64,000 nucleotides of DNA. It comes from Eledone cirrhosa. Its lineage: Eukaryota. Every line of letters starts with the position of its first letter. The first letter of the stretch is position 1. Made by a program: the position numbers and the translations under genes. Shown here one piece after another: positions 1 to 13,239 of the stretch. Under the pieces are notes generated by a model, which saw only the letters and a list, made by a program, of their open reading frames with translations, was not told the origin of the DNA and did no database searches. The stretch lies in assembly GCA_964016885.1 (NCBI GenBank), contig OZ024740.1, positions 143,778,001 through 143,842,000 of the forward strand, in the 5' to 3' direction.

Positions 1-1288
1 AGAAAAAGTAGGATTGGAAACAGCACAGGAAATAACGGGAAATAAATTTAAAGAATCTGGGTTTTTTTTACTTCTTTGATCCGTCAATTTGAAAAATGTA
101 CTGTCAATGTACTGTCTTAGCTATAAAGATGTCATAATGTGTATAAATAATAGAATTATGTCCCTCTTTAAGAAAACAAGAATAGTATAAAAGTAAAAAC
201 CCAATTTATATAATAAATATGATTTTCAAAAGAAACAAATCAATAAAAATCAGTCAATGAAAAATAACAGAAAGCACACTTAATGACAAACTACAACATA
301 AAATGCTGGTATTGCCCTCTAAAAATGTTTGAGGCAAGCCAAGACAGCATTACTGAGAGTGATAGTGAGGCTAAGATGCTGGAATAGCCAAGTGTCCTTA
401 TGAACATCATCTGATAATTAACTGTCAACGGCCCAGCTTCCCTTAACATTCTCAAATGTTACAAGCTAAAAATGTCATTCACTGATAAATCACAGTATTT
501 CAGTAATTCATTCTGTTTATGAAAAGATATAACAACATTAGAAGATATTTCCTTGTGACTTTTATGAACAGTATAATACTTTTCAAATTGAAATGGTTGA
601 TATGTTATATTTGAAAACCCAGAGTCGACAGTTACATGTGATATAAAGAAAATTAAAGATTTAATGAACATAAGTAATTTGAAATTGCTAATCAATATTA
701 ATTCTATTCTCCACCACAATCTGAAGTCAGTGATTAATCAGATTGTAATAATACATGTCTATGTATTTAGTTTTGTTTTAGATCTTTTATCTAAAAATAT
801 TTTAATATATCGTTTGTAGTAACTTGTGTTTGGGTGACACTTCATCTGTAGTAAGACTATCCAAGCAGTTAAATATTTAATAACTTTTGAGAGAGAAACA
901 CTTTAGAAATGTTTACCAGTATTATTAGGCTTCCATTAGCAGAAACTAACTTTTCTATATAATCATACATAATAGTTTAGAGAATGATCTAAAATAAGCT
1001 TATTGATTTATCTCATTGTTTAATCACTAATTTCAAATTTTGTAGCTTTGGTTAGATGTTCTACATATTAAATGATAATATAATAATTTAAGAGTAAACC
1101 AGATTTATTAAAATTACAGGTTACTAAAATTTATTCTAAAAGAGTGATGCAGTAAAAATTAATGATTCAGAGCCTCACAGCTGAGATGACAAAAGGTTGA
1201 GGAAATGTGGTGATATCATTTAAGACAGATATGTCTAACTAATACTATTGATGTAGTCATTCTTCTGTAGTAATACAGACATGTGTAG

Positions 1289-1825
<537 letters not shown>

Positions 1826-2409
1826 CTAATATGTTTTCTTTTAGCACAACATGGATACTTTTTTTGTTTTCTTTCTTATATATTATTGTGTTAATGAAAA
1901 TATTCCTCCTACTGTATTTTCAACAACTGGTTTTTGTTGACATTTGAAGATGGTTACAAAAACTTTTACAAGTTTAATTAGAATGCATAATCATTTTGTA
2001 TACATTTCCAGACTGTAGAAGGGAAATGTTGCTATTAATCCCTGAGTAGAAAATATTTCATTGTAATTCTACCAGAGATTTATATAAACAGGGCTATATC
2101 TTCCTTTAGTCTTTAAATGATAAATATTGATGATGTATTTCAAATACCAAAAAATTCTGTTATGCCAATATCATCTGAAATTCTGAAATAATAGAAAAAC
2201 AGAATAAGATATAAAAGATACTGAAAGTGAAGATTTAACAGTGAAAATGTTACTACATTTCTCATTTCTATATTAATAAACTGTAGATATAAATCTTTAA
2301 CTGAACAATTGAACTTTACTTTTTAATTTATTACAAAAATTACATCATACAATTTTGTTTAGTGTTTACATATTTGTAGACTACCGCTACACCTTCAGAT
2401 AGTGTAACA

Positions 2410-2550
2410 TTATATGGGTTACGTCCCTTTATGATCTGAGTTCAAATCCCGCCGAGGTTAACTGCCTTTCATCCTTACGGGATCAATAAAATAAAGTACC
2501 AGTAATACACTGGGTAATTGCTGGCCTTGTGCCAAAAGTAGAAACAATTA
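2410..2550 (+). mobile_element. tRNA-derived SINE, family B (partial)
   Basis: B-box-like GAGTTCAAATCCC, then GCCGAGGTTAAC..GCCTTTCATCCTT..GATAAAATAAAGTACCAG; shared with several other copies in the window. Confidence 0.75.
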
Positions 2551-3889
2551 TATATATTTCTGAGTGTATCTAATTTAGAACAGGTACACAGTATCTCTGC
2601 ATGTCATAAGAGGAAACTAAAGAGAGTTGGCCCCGGGAAGAGCATCCAGACATAAAACATTGCCATAAGTATGAAACCTGTCATGGAGCCCACATAGCTA
2701 AACTCTGCTCTAGAACATCACCAAATAGGAGTCACATGATCATTGGCAAGCTTGGTGCAGTTTTTTCTTCTTTAAAGATTGTTTTTAGTATTCATTTCCA
2801 AAACAAACTAGTCTCATGTACTTTAAAAATTTTCATTTGTAAGGCAAGTAGCAAACATGGAGAATTAAGTAGATGTATATCTTCCACTCATTTATTTGAA
2901 AATCTTTGAATATTTTCCATAATGCTGGCTCTATTCCTAGCTAATTTTGTAGCAACTGAATTTGTTACACTTTGAGAATTTCTTCGCCATCACTACAAAT
3001 TGTCCAACCCATACCAGCATGGGAAATGGACATAAAAATTATGATGATATTATAAAATATACTGTTGGTGGGTTATCACACTAATACATCACCTTTTCTG
3101 TGTAAAAATATTTATAGGTATATAAAATATTTCTTTTCATGGAATGAATTTTGACAATACAGCAACACATACTACTTGAATTTTGGTAAATACTAGATAT
3201 ATCAATGAAAAATGAATTGAACAAAATTATGAATGTAAAACACATGACGTAGTGCTTTTATCTCAACACAGGAGATTATGAATATAGATACTTTCTCATG
3301 TAAGGAATATTTGAAGCAACGTTTTTTGGTTGTTGAAGAGGATGATAAACACGACAAATACAATAATTTGGGTTAGATATATAAAGTTTGATGGTAGCAC
3401 TCACAAATGAATACAGTGTTTAAAAAAGGCTTCTGTGTTGTGCTGGAGAATCTTGTTTAATATGCTACATTGATTGCAAAGTGACAAGTTGTAGTCAGAC
3501 AGTATTAGCATCTGTGTGTTAAGGCCACAGGACAGCCTATTTATAATGATGGCTAGTCATTTTTGATAAATAACAGATAGTTCTAGGATATGTTCTCCTT
3601 CATAGGAATGGTGCTGTAAAATTTAGCCTCTGGAGAATTTATCTGTTGTCTTCTCTGTGAGGTCGCAGGTCACTTCTTGGTGGCCGTGTCTGTAAGAGAT
3701 TACCAGGGGAAAATATTTCTTTCGCTACATGTTGATAAAATTATTAGATTAGAGCACAGAAAAAGATCAAAATTCATTTAAAAAATTAGATATATCCATG
3801 AGAAAAAAGGAAAGTTTCCTCTAAACAACAAAAATTAAGTATTAAGCTGGCTGTGCTGTATTTGTCACATCCAAGATGTTGGCATTAAT

Positions 3890-4660
3890 ACAGTTAGCCT
3901 TCTCTATGTATGCATAAATCTAATTATGTGATTTATATGAGAGAATGATTTACCACAGATGTCAGTGATGTGGCTTCTCTCCTGTATGAATGCATTTGTG
4001 AGTAACAAGAATGATCCCCCACAGATATCAACAATATGGTTCCTCACCTGTATGAATACGCCTACGATTAGTTAAGTGACCAGTTTCAGAGAATGATTCC
4101 TTACAGATATCACAGTGATATGTATTTCCTCCTGTATGAATACATTTGTGTTATTATTTATTTTAAAGAATGATTTACCACAGATATCACTGATATAATT
4201 TCTCATTTGTATGAATATGTTTGTGTTTAAACAGGTTACTTTTTCAGAGACGTATGTTTTATAAATATAACATTGGCATGATGATTTTCCTATCTCTATC
4301 GGTATGTCTTCTGAAAAGAAACAATCCTTTAAGTTTCTCATTGAATTAATTTTCATATAATTTCCTTTTCCTACCACAACATTTGGATGTTTTTCTTGTT
4401 TTCTTTTTTATATATTCCTACAGTGATGGAAATATGTTTATGAATTGTGTTCTTTGTCGGTATCTGAAGATGTTTGCAAACTACTTTTTAAATCTATCAC
4501 AGTTCAATTAAAATGCAAAATCATTTTGAACTGTAAGAAAAGAAATGTTGCTTTTAACCTCAGTTTAGAAAAATATTTCACAGTATTTCTACTAGAGATT
4601 TATATACCTGTCGTGTATAGCATCTTCTTAAAGTCTTCACAAGATGGTATGTATTAATAA
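3890..4660 (-). pseudogene. Second, more decayed C2H2 zinc-finger paralog
   Basis: Fragmented [14 protein letters not shown] units with indels. The upstream part (4290-4660) is homologous to 1770-2150 and is cut off by a LINE at ~4660. Confidence 0.8.
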
Positions 4661-4679
4661 TTTCAGAATTTTGAACTTC

Positions 4680-5960
4680 TCAGAGGAAATGAGCAATGAG
4701 TGCAACAAGTGGTGAGATGTTTTGGAGAGGAGAAACCAAAGCCATGGAAGCATGGAAAAGCAGACTTAAAAATGATGACAATATATACATGATTGGTTCC
4801 ATTGTATGGCACCTGGGGGAGGTATCTCCTACTATAACTCCACGATGACCAATGCTTTGAGAGTAAATTTGCTAGATAGAACTGCATGGGAAGAAATTAG
4901 TTTGCCCCAAGTCGACCCAACAGAGAAACCGGTTGTGCAAGTTAACAGTAGTATAGTAAGTAAGGCAATCAAGGATATGAAGACAGGCAAAGCAGCTGGA
5001 CTTTCCAGGGTAGTTGCCAATGGGTCACACCATAGTCACCTGTATTATAAACCAGGTACTACAAAACAGTGTCATAACCAATGACTGGCATAGCAGCACC
5101 ATTGTCAACTGCTACAAGGGCAAAAGAAATGCTCTAGACAGAGAAAACTATAGAGGCATTAAGTTAGTTGACCAGGTTATGAAGGTCACAGAAAGAGTTA
5201 TTGCACAGCTGATTAGGGACTGAATTAACCTAAATGAAATGCAGTTTGGATTTGTAAGGCAACTACAGAAGTACCTAGCTAAAAGCAAACCCATTTACTT
5301 AGCTTTTGTTGACTTGGAGAGAGCCTTTGACAGAGCATTCCGCTCCATTATATGGTGGGCTCTTAGAAAACTTGGTGTTGATGAATGGCTTGTGAGAGCT
5401 ATACAAGCCATGTATAAAGAAAACTAGGAGTAGATGAGTGGCTTGTGAAAGCCATGTATAGAGGGAAAGTCAGCAAGGTTTAGAATTAACAATGAATATT
5501 GTGAAGAATTTAGTGTAAAAGTAGGTGTTCATCAAGGCTACGTCCTTAGCCCCCTCCTGTTTATTATTGCCCTACAGGCTATAACAGAAAAGTTTAAGAC
5601 TGGCTGCTCATGGGAACTTCTATATGTAGATAATCTAATTCTCATAGCTGAATCTGTGGCAAAACAAGAGAAGAAATTCCAAACCAAATAAAGTTAACTT
5701 GTCTAGTATGTAGAAAGGAAAATAGGGCCCAGATTCCCTCTGGGAAATAGCCTTGTTCAATACACAGGAAAGGAGTAGGTAGAAATTCCATTCTATGTCC
5801 CAAATGTAAACTATGGGTACATAAAAGGTGTAATGGGATCACAGGCAGGCTATCAAAGAACAGGTTTATATGCAGCCGATGCACTAGTGCAGTAAGTAGC
5901 AAATGCCCACAGGATACTATCTCCTTCAATCTCCCAGATGGTTCTATAGAAATAGTGGAC
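4680..5960 (+). mobile_element. RTE-clade LINE fragment (RT region), degenerate
   Basis: ORF pieces YKGK..ENYRGIKL, MQFGF, LAFVDLERAFD, GVHQG and the WPCS..C..C motif, with stops and frameshifts. Confidence 0.85.
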
Positions 5961-7319
5961 AATAGGTGGAGAATGAGAGGTCGGAGGCTGACCATTTATC
6001 ACATAGTCGTTCCACCAAGCAGGTCTCTTGGTCGTTCGACGCATGCCACCGCCACCTAGAGTGGACTAGGTTAAAGTGGTGGCAACTTTAGCAATTGGTA
6101 ATCGCCGGTGATAGTTCGGTCGAAACATCGGCCACCGGCGGGTTGAACGAATACCTAGGTGGGCTGTGCACGAGGACGAAGTAAGGGGTGAGCAAGGGGA
6201 GGGATAGAAAGTGGAGAAGGGGTGAGAAGATTATGAGTGCGTGGAGATGAGTGTGGTCATGTGAGAGACAGTTAAATACAGTGGGAGAGAAAGAGCACTG
6301 AACATGCAAAGAGAAGGAAAATAAAAAGGCTAGAAATACAAACTCTAAGGCTGTGAGTTTGCGAAATAGTTCGCATGGGTAAATCCGCAGTAAAAACCGA
6401 AATTGTGAGTTTGTGTAAAAAATAAAAAAATAAAAAAAACACATGGGCAAGACTTCAGTAAAATCAAAACCTGAATGATAGTGACACAAGATGTTTACAA
6501 TTACAGAGTGATTACATTACTGGACCTGAATTCTATCAAGTGGTCAAAGCTTCTAATTCTGTGAAATAGAATGGAAGTCTGGATTGACCTTTCAGTCACA
6601 CCTGACTATAAATAGATTCAGGTTATTTGAAGAGGGAGATGGGATGGTGCCATGTGTAATCTCTTCTTGTGAAGCTAGTGGTAGTTCCTCGCCATTTATA
6701 ATTATTTATTTTTATTTTATATTTGGGGGGTTTGTATTTGAAAAATTGTAAGTGTATGTTAAGGAGGAATGTATAATTGTGTGATACAATTGCTCCAGGT
6801 TGGTTCCCTGCGTTGTTACCACAACCATTCCTTTAAAATTTTGTTTTTTTCCTCCGAAGATCTGTTGTTCTCTGTCTGAATTTCTGGATTTGTTTTTTTC
6901 TTTCCAGCGTGGTGGGGAAAATAAGGTGTTTCAGATATATACAAGTACAAATTCCAAATATAAAATGACGATAACTTATATATATCAATGTGATTGATTT
7001 CTTGTTTTTGGTGGGTAGTCGCACGTGGCTGTATGTGTTGCTTATGTTGACTTTGTTTGAAAGTAATCAAGATTTTGGAAGGATTTAATTAAACAACCTC
7101 TCCAATATCTAAAAACAGATTTGTTAATTCACATATATATAGTATGTTTAATAATGGAGAGATCCCTGTGGAAATTTCACTAAACTAAAGACTAGTTTTT
7201 AATGTGGTGCAGCCATAGTGAGGGTTTTTTTTTTTCTCTCGTGTATATATTTTTTATGTTGCAGATATATAATCCACATTTTCCAAAATGCAGATTACGA
7301 TTATAATTCTTATATATAT

Positions 7320-8350
7320 AGTGGTAGAACACTGGAAGGTAATATCCATAGTGGTAGAGCACTCAGTCCATGGGTCGAGTTAGGTAGAAGTGGTTACACA
7401 ACAGTTAGTTCACTATACCTAGAACAATTGTTTCACCTTAGCGGATCCTCAGCTCGTGATAGACATGGTTATACGGAACAGGAAGACAACCGTACGAACG
7501 CGCATGTGCAGAAACGATCACTTCACACAGGCAATACTAAAATGCGTGCGAGAAGTGTAAGGGAGATAACTGCGAAAGTCTGAAAAGTTTCTAGTTGATA
7601 AGAAAATTAGGATGTTGTTGTTATTCAATCCGGAGCTTTGGAGTTATGTAAGAGGTGTTTCGAGACATGTGGACAACGTGTGAAAAATTCATTTCTTGCG
7701 TTTAGGAAATCTCTATTGCGTAATCTCTTTAGAATATTTATTCATTCGTCGATACATAGTCCACACGACGGATTGCCCCTTGCGTATGGCTTGGACTTAG
7801 TGATGGCTTTCCATTGAATGGAGTAGTCTATACTTGAGTCCTTGAGGGACCACACATGGCTCGCGAGTTTCATGGATGAACATCTTTCCGGGTACCTAAA
7901 GGTCAACTGGTGGTTCAGGAAGCGTTCCTTAAATCGGCCCTCCGCCATACCCACATAGGATTTGACCTCCTGTGGTTGATTTGGTCGGTTGGAAGTGACC
8001 ACAGCTTCATAAACTACAGCGGGTGTGTTGCATTGCTGTTGTAGGGGACAAGCTTCAGGCTTACAGCAAGAGCACCCTGGTGGGGTGTTGCTCTTAGGGC
8101 TGTTGGTGATGTGGGCCTTCATGTTCTTAGCGCAGGAGTATCCTAGTTTTACTTTGTGTCGGTTAAAGATGGGGTGGTATTTATGACCAATGGGAAAGTG
8201 TCTGTCTAAGAGGGCTAAACATTTTTTGCCTACATTGGTTTTAACGTTGAGTGAGAAGGGAGGAGAGAACCAGATAGTTTGTCTATTGTTACGCTTTCTT
8301 ATCTTATGCTGTTGTTGATAGTGGGTGAGTAAGTGATAGGTTGCGAGAAT
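7320..8350 (-). mobile_element. Naiad-like Penelope-like element 3' fragment (GIY-YIG endonuclease plus pseudo-LTR)
   Basis: ORF 7742-8386 has IWFSPPFS, CSCCKPEACPL (CxCx5C) and VVY..YVG..FKER..NH. The frame continues past a TGA to ~7625 (RCPH). The pLTR at 7320-7580 carries a hammerhead. Confidence 0.85.
7419..7455 (-). ncRNA. Minimal type-I hammerhead ribozyme
   Basis: Reverse complement reads gag CTGAGGA tccgctaaggt GAAA caattg TT ct; palindromic helix III (CAATTG), short stem I. Confidence 0.65.
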
Positions 8351-8589
8351 ATATATATATATATATATACACACATACAGACACACTTCTTTGTCAATTT
8401 TTCAAAAAAATTAGATATACTTTCAAAAATTTAAACACAAGTCTAAATATTTCCTGCTTTTTAATTATAGAATTTTTTCATACAGTAATTACCTAAGCCT
8501 GACCTACGCCTTTATAAGATGCACAGTGATTTTGAGGGGCAAATTTTGGAAAAAAAACAAAATATATATATATAGAGAGAGAGAGAGAG

Positions 8590-8830
8590 GTGGGTAGAAC
8601 ACTGGTGGCTTATATCCACAGTAGTAGAGCACTCAGTTCATGGGATGAGTTTGGTAGAAGTAGTGCCACACCATTTCTGAGAACAATGTTTCACCTCAAA
8701 CGGATCATCAGCTCGGTTTAAATGAGATATACGGAAAAGGAAAACCATGGCACAAATAGACATGTGCAGAAGATATTCTAAAAGGGGAGATAACTCACGT
8801 TAGATCGATGCATGGAGGTAACTGCAAAAG
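8590..8830 (-). mobile_element. Second diverged PLE pseudo-LTR
   Basis: Diverged direct repeat of 7320-7580 (GGTAGAACACTGG..TATCCA..GTAGAGCACTCAGT..CATGGG..GAGTT.GGTAGAAG). Confidence 0.75.
8679..8714 (-). ncRNA. Minimal type-I hammerhead ribozyme
   Basis: Reverse complement reads gag CTGATGA tccgtttgaggt GAAA cattg TT ctc. Confidence 0.7.
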
Positions 8831-8854
8831 ATCAGAATACAATCATTCATGATA

Positions 8855-10940
8855 CTCGGTCTATAGATGTGCTAGAAATAACGGCTACATCAGCTAAGCA
8901 GGGGGAACATCAGGTCTATATGTGTGCTAGAAATAGCAGCTAAAGGGGAGGGGGGGGGTTTATGGTGGTCCGTAGGTGTGCTAAAAATAGCAGCTACATA
9001 AGCTAAATAGAATGTACCTCATTGTGGACGATAGGTGTGCTACAAATAGCAGCTAAATAGGAGGAACCTTATGGTTGTCCATAGGTGTGCTAGAAATAGC
9101 AGCTAAATAGGGGGAACCTCATTGTAGTCTATAAGTATGCTAGAAATAGCAGCTAAATAGGGGGAGGGGCGTTATGATGGTCCGTAGGTGTGCTAAAAAT
9201 AGCAGCTACATAAGCTAAATAGAATGAACCTCATGGTGGATGATAGGTGTGCTCCAAATAGCAGCTAAATAGCCTTATGGTTGTCCATAGGTGTGCTCGA
9301 AATAGCAGCTAAGTAGGAGGACCCATATGGTGGTCCATAGGTATGCTAGACATAACAGCTAAAAAAACTTCATGGTGGTCCAAGTGTGTGCTAGAAATAG
9401 CAGCTGCATCAGCTAAAAAAGGGAATCTAATGGTGGTCTATAGGTGTACTAGAAATAGCAGTTAAATAGGGGGATCATTATAGTGGTATATAGGTGTGCT
9501 ACAAATAGCACCTAAATAGGGGGAACCTCATGGTGGTCAATAGGTGTGCTAGAAACAGTAGGTAAATAGCGGAACCTCATGGGAGTACATAGGTGTGCTA
9601 GAAATAGCAGCTGCATCAGCTAAACAAGGGAATCTCATGGTTATCCAAAGGTGTACTAGAAATAACAGCTAAATAAAGGGAACTTCATGGTGAACTGTGT
9701 CCTAGATATATTAACTAAATACGGGGAACCTCATGGTGTTCCATATGTGTGCTAGAAATAGCAGCTATATAGGGGAACCACATGGTGATCCATAGGTGTG
9801 CTAGAAATAGAAGCTGCATCACGTAAACAGGGGGAATCACGTGGTAGTCCATAGTTGTGCTAGAAATAGCATCTAAGTAAAGGGAACCCATGGTGGTCTA
9901 TAGGTGTTCTAGAAATAGCAGCTAAATTAGGGGAACCTCATAGTGGTCCATAGTTGTGCTAGAAATAGTAGCTAAATAGAGGGAACCTTATAGTGGTCTA
10001 TAGCTGTGATAGAAATAGTAGTTAAATAAGAGGAACCTTATGGTGGTTCTTAGGTGTGCTAGAAAGGGCTGTTACATCAGCTAAGCAGGAGGAACCTTAT
10101 GGTGTATGTAGGTGTGCTAGAAGGAGTAGCTAAATAAAGAGAACCTCATGGTGATTCATAGGTGTGCTAGAAATAGCAGCAAAATAGGGGGATCCTTATG
10201 GTGGCCCATATGTGTGCTAGAAATAGCAGCTAAATACGGCGATCCTCATGTTGGGCCACACGTGTGCTAGAAATGGGAACTACACAGTGGTTCATAGGTG
10301 TGTTAGCAAAAGCATCTAAATTGTTGTAACCCTTTTAGTGGTCGATAGGTGTGCTAGAAATAGCAGCTGCGTCAGGTAAACAGGGGAATATCATGGTGGT
10401 CCATAGGCATGCTAGAAATAGCATCTAAATTAAGGGAAACCCATGGTGGTCTATAGGTTTCCTAGAAATAGCAACTAAAAAGGGGGAACTTCATGGTGGT
10501 CCATAGGTATGTTAGAAATAGCAGCTAAATAGGAGGAACCTTATAGTGGACCATAGATGTGCTAGAAATATCATCTACATCAGCTAAACAGGGGCAACGT
10601 CATGGTGTCCATAGCTGTGCTAGAAATAGCAGCTAAATAAGGTCAACCTCATATGTATCCATTTGTTGTGCTAGAAATAGCAGCTAATAGGGGGAACCTC
10701 ATAGTGGTACCTATGTGTGCTACAAATAGTAGCTAAATAGGAGGGACCTTATAGTGGTCCATATCTGTGCTAGAAATAGCAGCTTGATGGAGAGGAACCT
10801 GATGATGGTCCATGGGTGTACTAGAAATAGCAGCTACATCAGCTAAGCAGGTGGAACTTAATGGTTGTCTGTAGGTGTGCTAGAAATAGCGGCAAAATAA
10901 AGTGAACCTCGTGGTGGTCCATAGGTGTCCATAGGTGTCT
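8855..10940. repeat. ~50-bp tandem satellite, ~40 copies, with periodic ~60-bp variant
   Basis: Consensus GGTGGTCCATAGGTGTGCTAGAAATAGCAGCTAAATAGGGGGAACCTCAT; the variant carries an extra GCT(A/G)CATCA. Confidence 0.95.
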
Positions 10941-11029
10941 CTTCTTTGTCAATTTTGTTATACTATACCATAGGGGAGTAATTAACAAATCAATTTAAGA
11001 TCTATATATCTATAAACAAGTATAGACAT

Positions 11030-12430
11030 ATGTTCAAGACCATGCTGACAAAAACCTTCCTAACAATGCTTAGCAGCAAGATGCCTTGGTAGCTATTGCA
11101 GTCACTTCGGTCACCTTTGTTCTGATAGAAGGTGACAATGATACAGTCTCTCATGTCTTGCGGGACTGTTCTGTCTTCCCAGCACTAACACAGTAGTTTC
11201 AACAAGGGGCTAATTAGCACTCCCTTTGCACACCTGATGACCTCTTGGAGGATGCCGTCAGATCTTGGTGCCTTCCCAGCAGGTAAACTAATCAATGGCT
11301 CTGCACAGTTCTTCAGCAGTCGACAACACATCTAGCTCCTCCATGACAGCTAGGTGTTTCATGGTGTCTAGCATGTTGTCTGAGATACTTTTTTTCCTTG
11401 CCATACAGTTTGAAGTAATATTCCACCTATCTCTCCAACCGCTCTCTTTTTCCTTTGATGACCTCACCTGTTCTTGATTTGAATGGAGGAGTCTTGCTCT
11501 GGGTTGGGCTAATGGCTTTCTTGATGCCCTCATACATTCCCCAAATGTTACTTGTGTCAAATAACAGCTGGATGCATTTGAATAACTGTAACCAGTAGTC
11601 ATTTGCACAGTGACTCGTAATCTTTTATGTCTTGTTCCGAGCTCATCTCAATGCTCATAGTGTTGCTCTGGTGGGTGAGTGTTTATGCTTCAACAGGGAG
11701 CATGCTTCTCCTCCATGGTCGCATTGAACTAGTCATGTGTCATTCTTCGATTCTTCCTGAAGATCTCTTCAATGCAGTGTCATGGATGGTGCCTCTGAGA
11801 AAGTTCCATCTTTGCTGAACACCACCTTCCAGAGGTTCTGCAAGGAGGATGTCTTCCAGTGACTTGAGGAATACAGGTACTTTGACTGACTGCTGGGTCA
11901 CAGTAGCCTTGATATGCTGTATGACAAGAGGCTTAGCATAGTGCATTTTTGGTTGGAGTTTGAGATTGCAGCAAACCAGGGAGTGATCTGTGTCAAAGTC
12001 AGCGCTCCAAAAGGACCAAGTCAAGAGTACATTTCTCAAGTGGTTGTGTCTTATGAGGATCAGATCTAGCTGGTGCCTGTGCCCTGAGCGAGGATAACAC
12101 CAGGAAACTTTGTGTTGAGCTTTGGCCTGGAAGTAGGTGTTGGTGACACATAATCCATGGAGCATACAGAGCTCAAGCAGTTGTTGCCCGTTGTCATTCA
12201 TGTTACCGACCCCATGCTGTCACAGTTACCCTGTCCAGGAGTTGCGGTCGGCTTCCACTCTGGCATTGAAGTCACCAAGTAACACCAGCTGTTCTCCATA
12301 TGGGATTGCTTGTATTTTTCTGGAGAACTGATTGTAAAACTTATCCTTGTCATCTTGTGTGTAATAGAGGGTTAGGGCATAAGTACTGACAAGGTTGACA
12401 AGACAGGAGCCTCCCAAAAGTCAGCTTGAA
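11030..12430 (-). mobile_element. RTE-clade LINE fragment (APE endonuclease, linker, RT start), second family
   Basis: LLGDFNARV, NDNGQQLLELC, TNTYF, HQLDLIL, DTDHSL; GKAP..DGI and KGD.SDCNSYQGI downstream. Confidence 0.85.
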
Positions 12431-12459
12431 GGTAACACAGAGGAGACTGAGGTTAACTG

Positions 12460-12668
12460 GACATGCTCAGAGTTGACACTGCACTCAATGGTCCTGTGGG
12501 AGCCCCTACATGAACACACTAGAAGAGGGAAACCAAGGATGACATGTATTGATACCCTAAGGACAGACACTGGTCTCTGGGAGACACGGGCCATGGAAGC
12601 GATGATGAAGAACAGAGACCACTGGAGAGAACTCGTACATGGATCTCGGGAATTTTACTCGCCCTAGA
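12460..12668 (+). mobile_element. RTE LINE 3' end fragment
   Basis: VLWEP..RRGKPR..DT..DTGL..MKNRDHWR, a typical RTE C-terminus. Confidence 0.6.
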
Positions 12669-12733
12669 TAGATATATATGCATATATATATGTGTGTGTG
12701 TGTGTAATTATGTGTTTTATATCAAATAATAAT

Positions 12734-12925
12734 TGTTTCTACTTTTGGCACAAGGCCAGCAATTACCTAGTGTATTACTGGTACTTTATTTTATCGACCC
12801 CATAAGGATGAAAGGCAAAATTAACCTCGGCGGGATTTGAACTCAGAATGGCAAGGGCCGTAACTCTATGCGTCAAAGCATGGCGTCTGACCCTCTACTG
12901 ATACTGCCAATCCACCGCCCTATTA
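12734..12925 (-). mobile_element. tRNA-derived SINE, family B
   Basis: Near-full copy flanked by the direct repeat TATCAAATAATAAT (TSD). Confidence 0.85.
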
Positions 12926-13026
12926 TTATCAAATAATAATAATATTCGATTTGTTTGCAAGCAGACAGTCTCATTACGCTATGTTTAGTTTTTGATGGCC
13001 ATCATCATCCGTTCAACAGCAGCATT

Positions 13027-13079
13027 GAAGAACAATCAACAGGTTTCTGGGTTATTGTTCTTCATCAGGACTGTACTTC
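13027..13079 (-). ncRNA. Minimal hammerhead ribozyme (degenerate stem II)
   Basis: Reverse complement reads gaagtacagtc CTGATGA agaacaataaccca GAAA cctg TT gattgttcttc; 11-bp stem I with one mismatch. Confidence 0.6.
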
Positions 13080-13239
13080 TCTGCTACTCGTTTGAACTGT
13101 TGAAAATATATAGTATTTTCTAAACTATACATTGGCTGATTAGCCTCATTTGCATAACAAGTGATTTTACAGCTGGGCTTGCCCAAAAACAAAATTAGAA
13201 TTTGATTTTCTGCTCTAACATAGCAGATTACATAAATGT

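Noticed and set aside
3200-3700. Decayed Tc1/mariner transposase
   Set aside because: Only a vague resemblance; no TIRs or DDE motif could be confirmed by eye.
5960-6500. Host exon or ORF (RRTTKRPAWWNDY)
   Set aside because: It resembles a retroelement integrase tail but is too short and degenerate to classify, and it has no splice context.
7742-7744. In-frame TGA in a Naiad-like ORF read as selenocysteine (also the TGA at ~24120)
   Set aside because: Some Naiads encode selenoproteins, but these TGAs fall at non-Cys positions, the conserved cysteines use TGT/TGC, and no SECIS was recognised; ordinary decay is more likely.
8855-10940. CRISPR array, or similarity of GCTAGAAATAGCAG(C/T)TAAATAG to the SpCas9 sgRNA scaffold
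   Set aside because: The inter-core sequences are diverged copies of one another rather than unique spacers, there are no cas genes, and the context is eukaryotic. The sgRNA GAAA loop is an engineered linker, so the match is coincidental.
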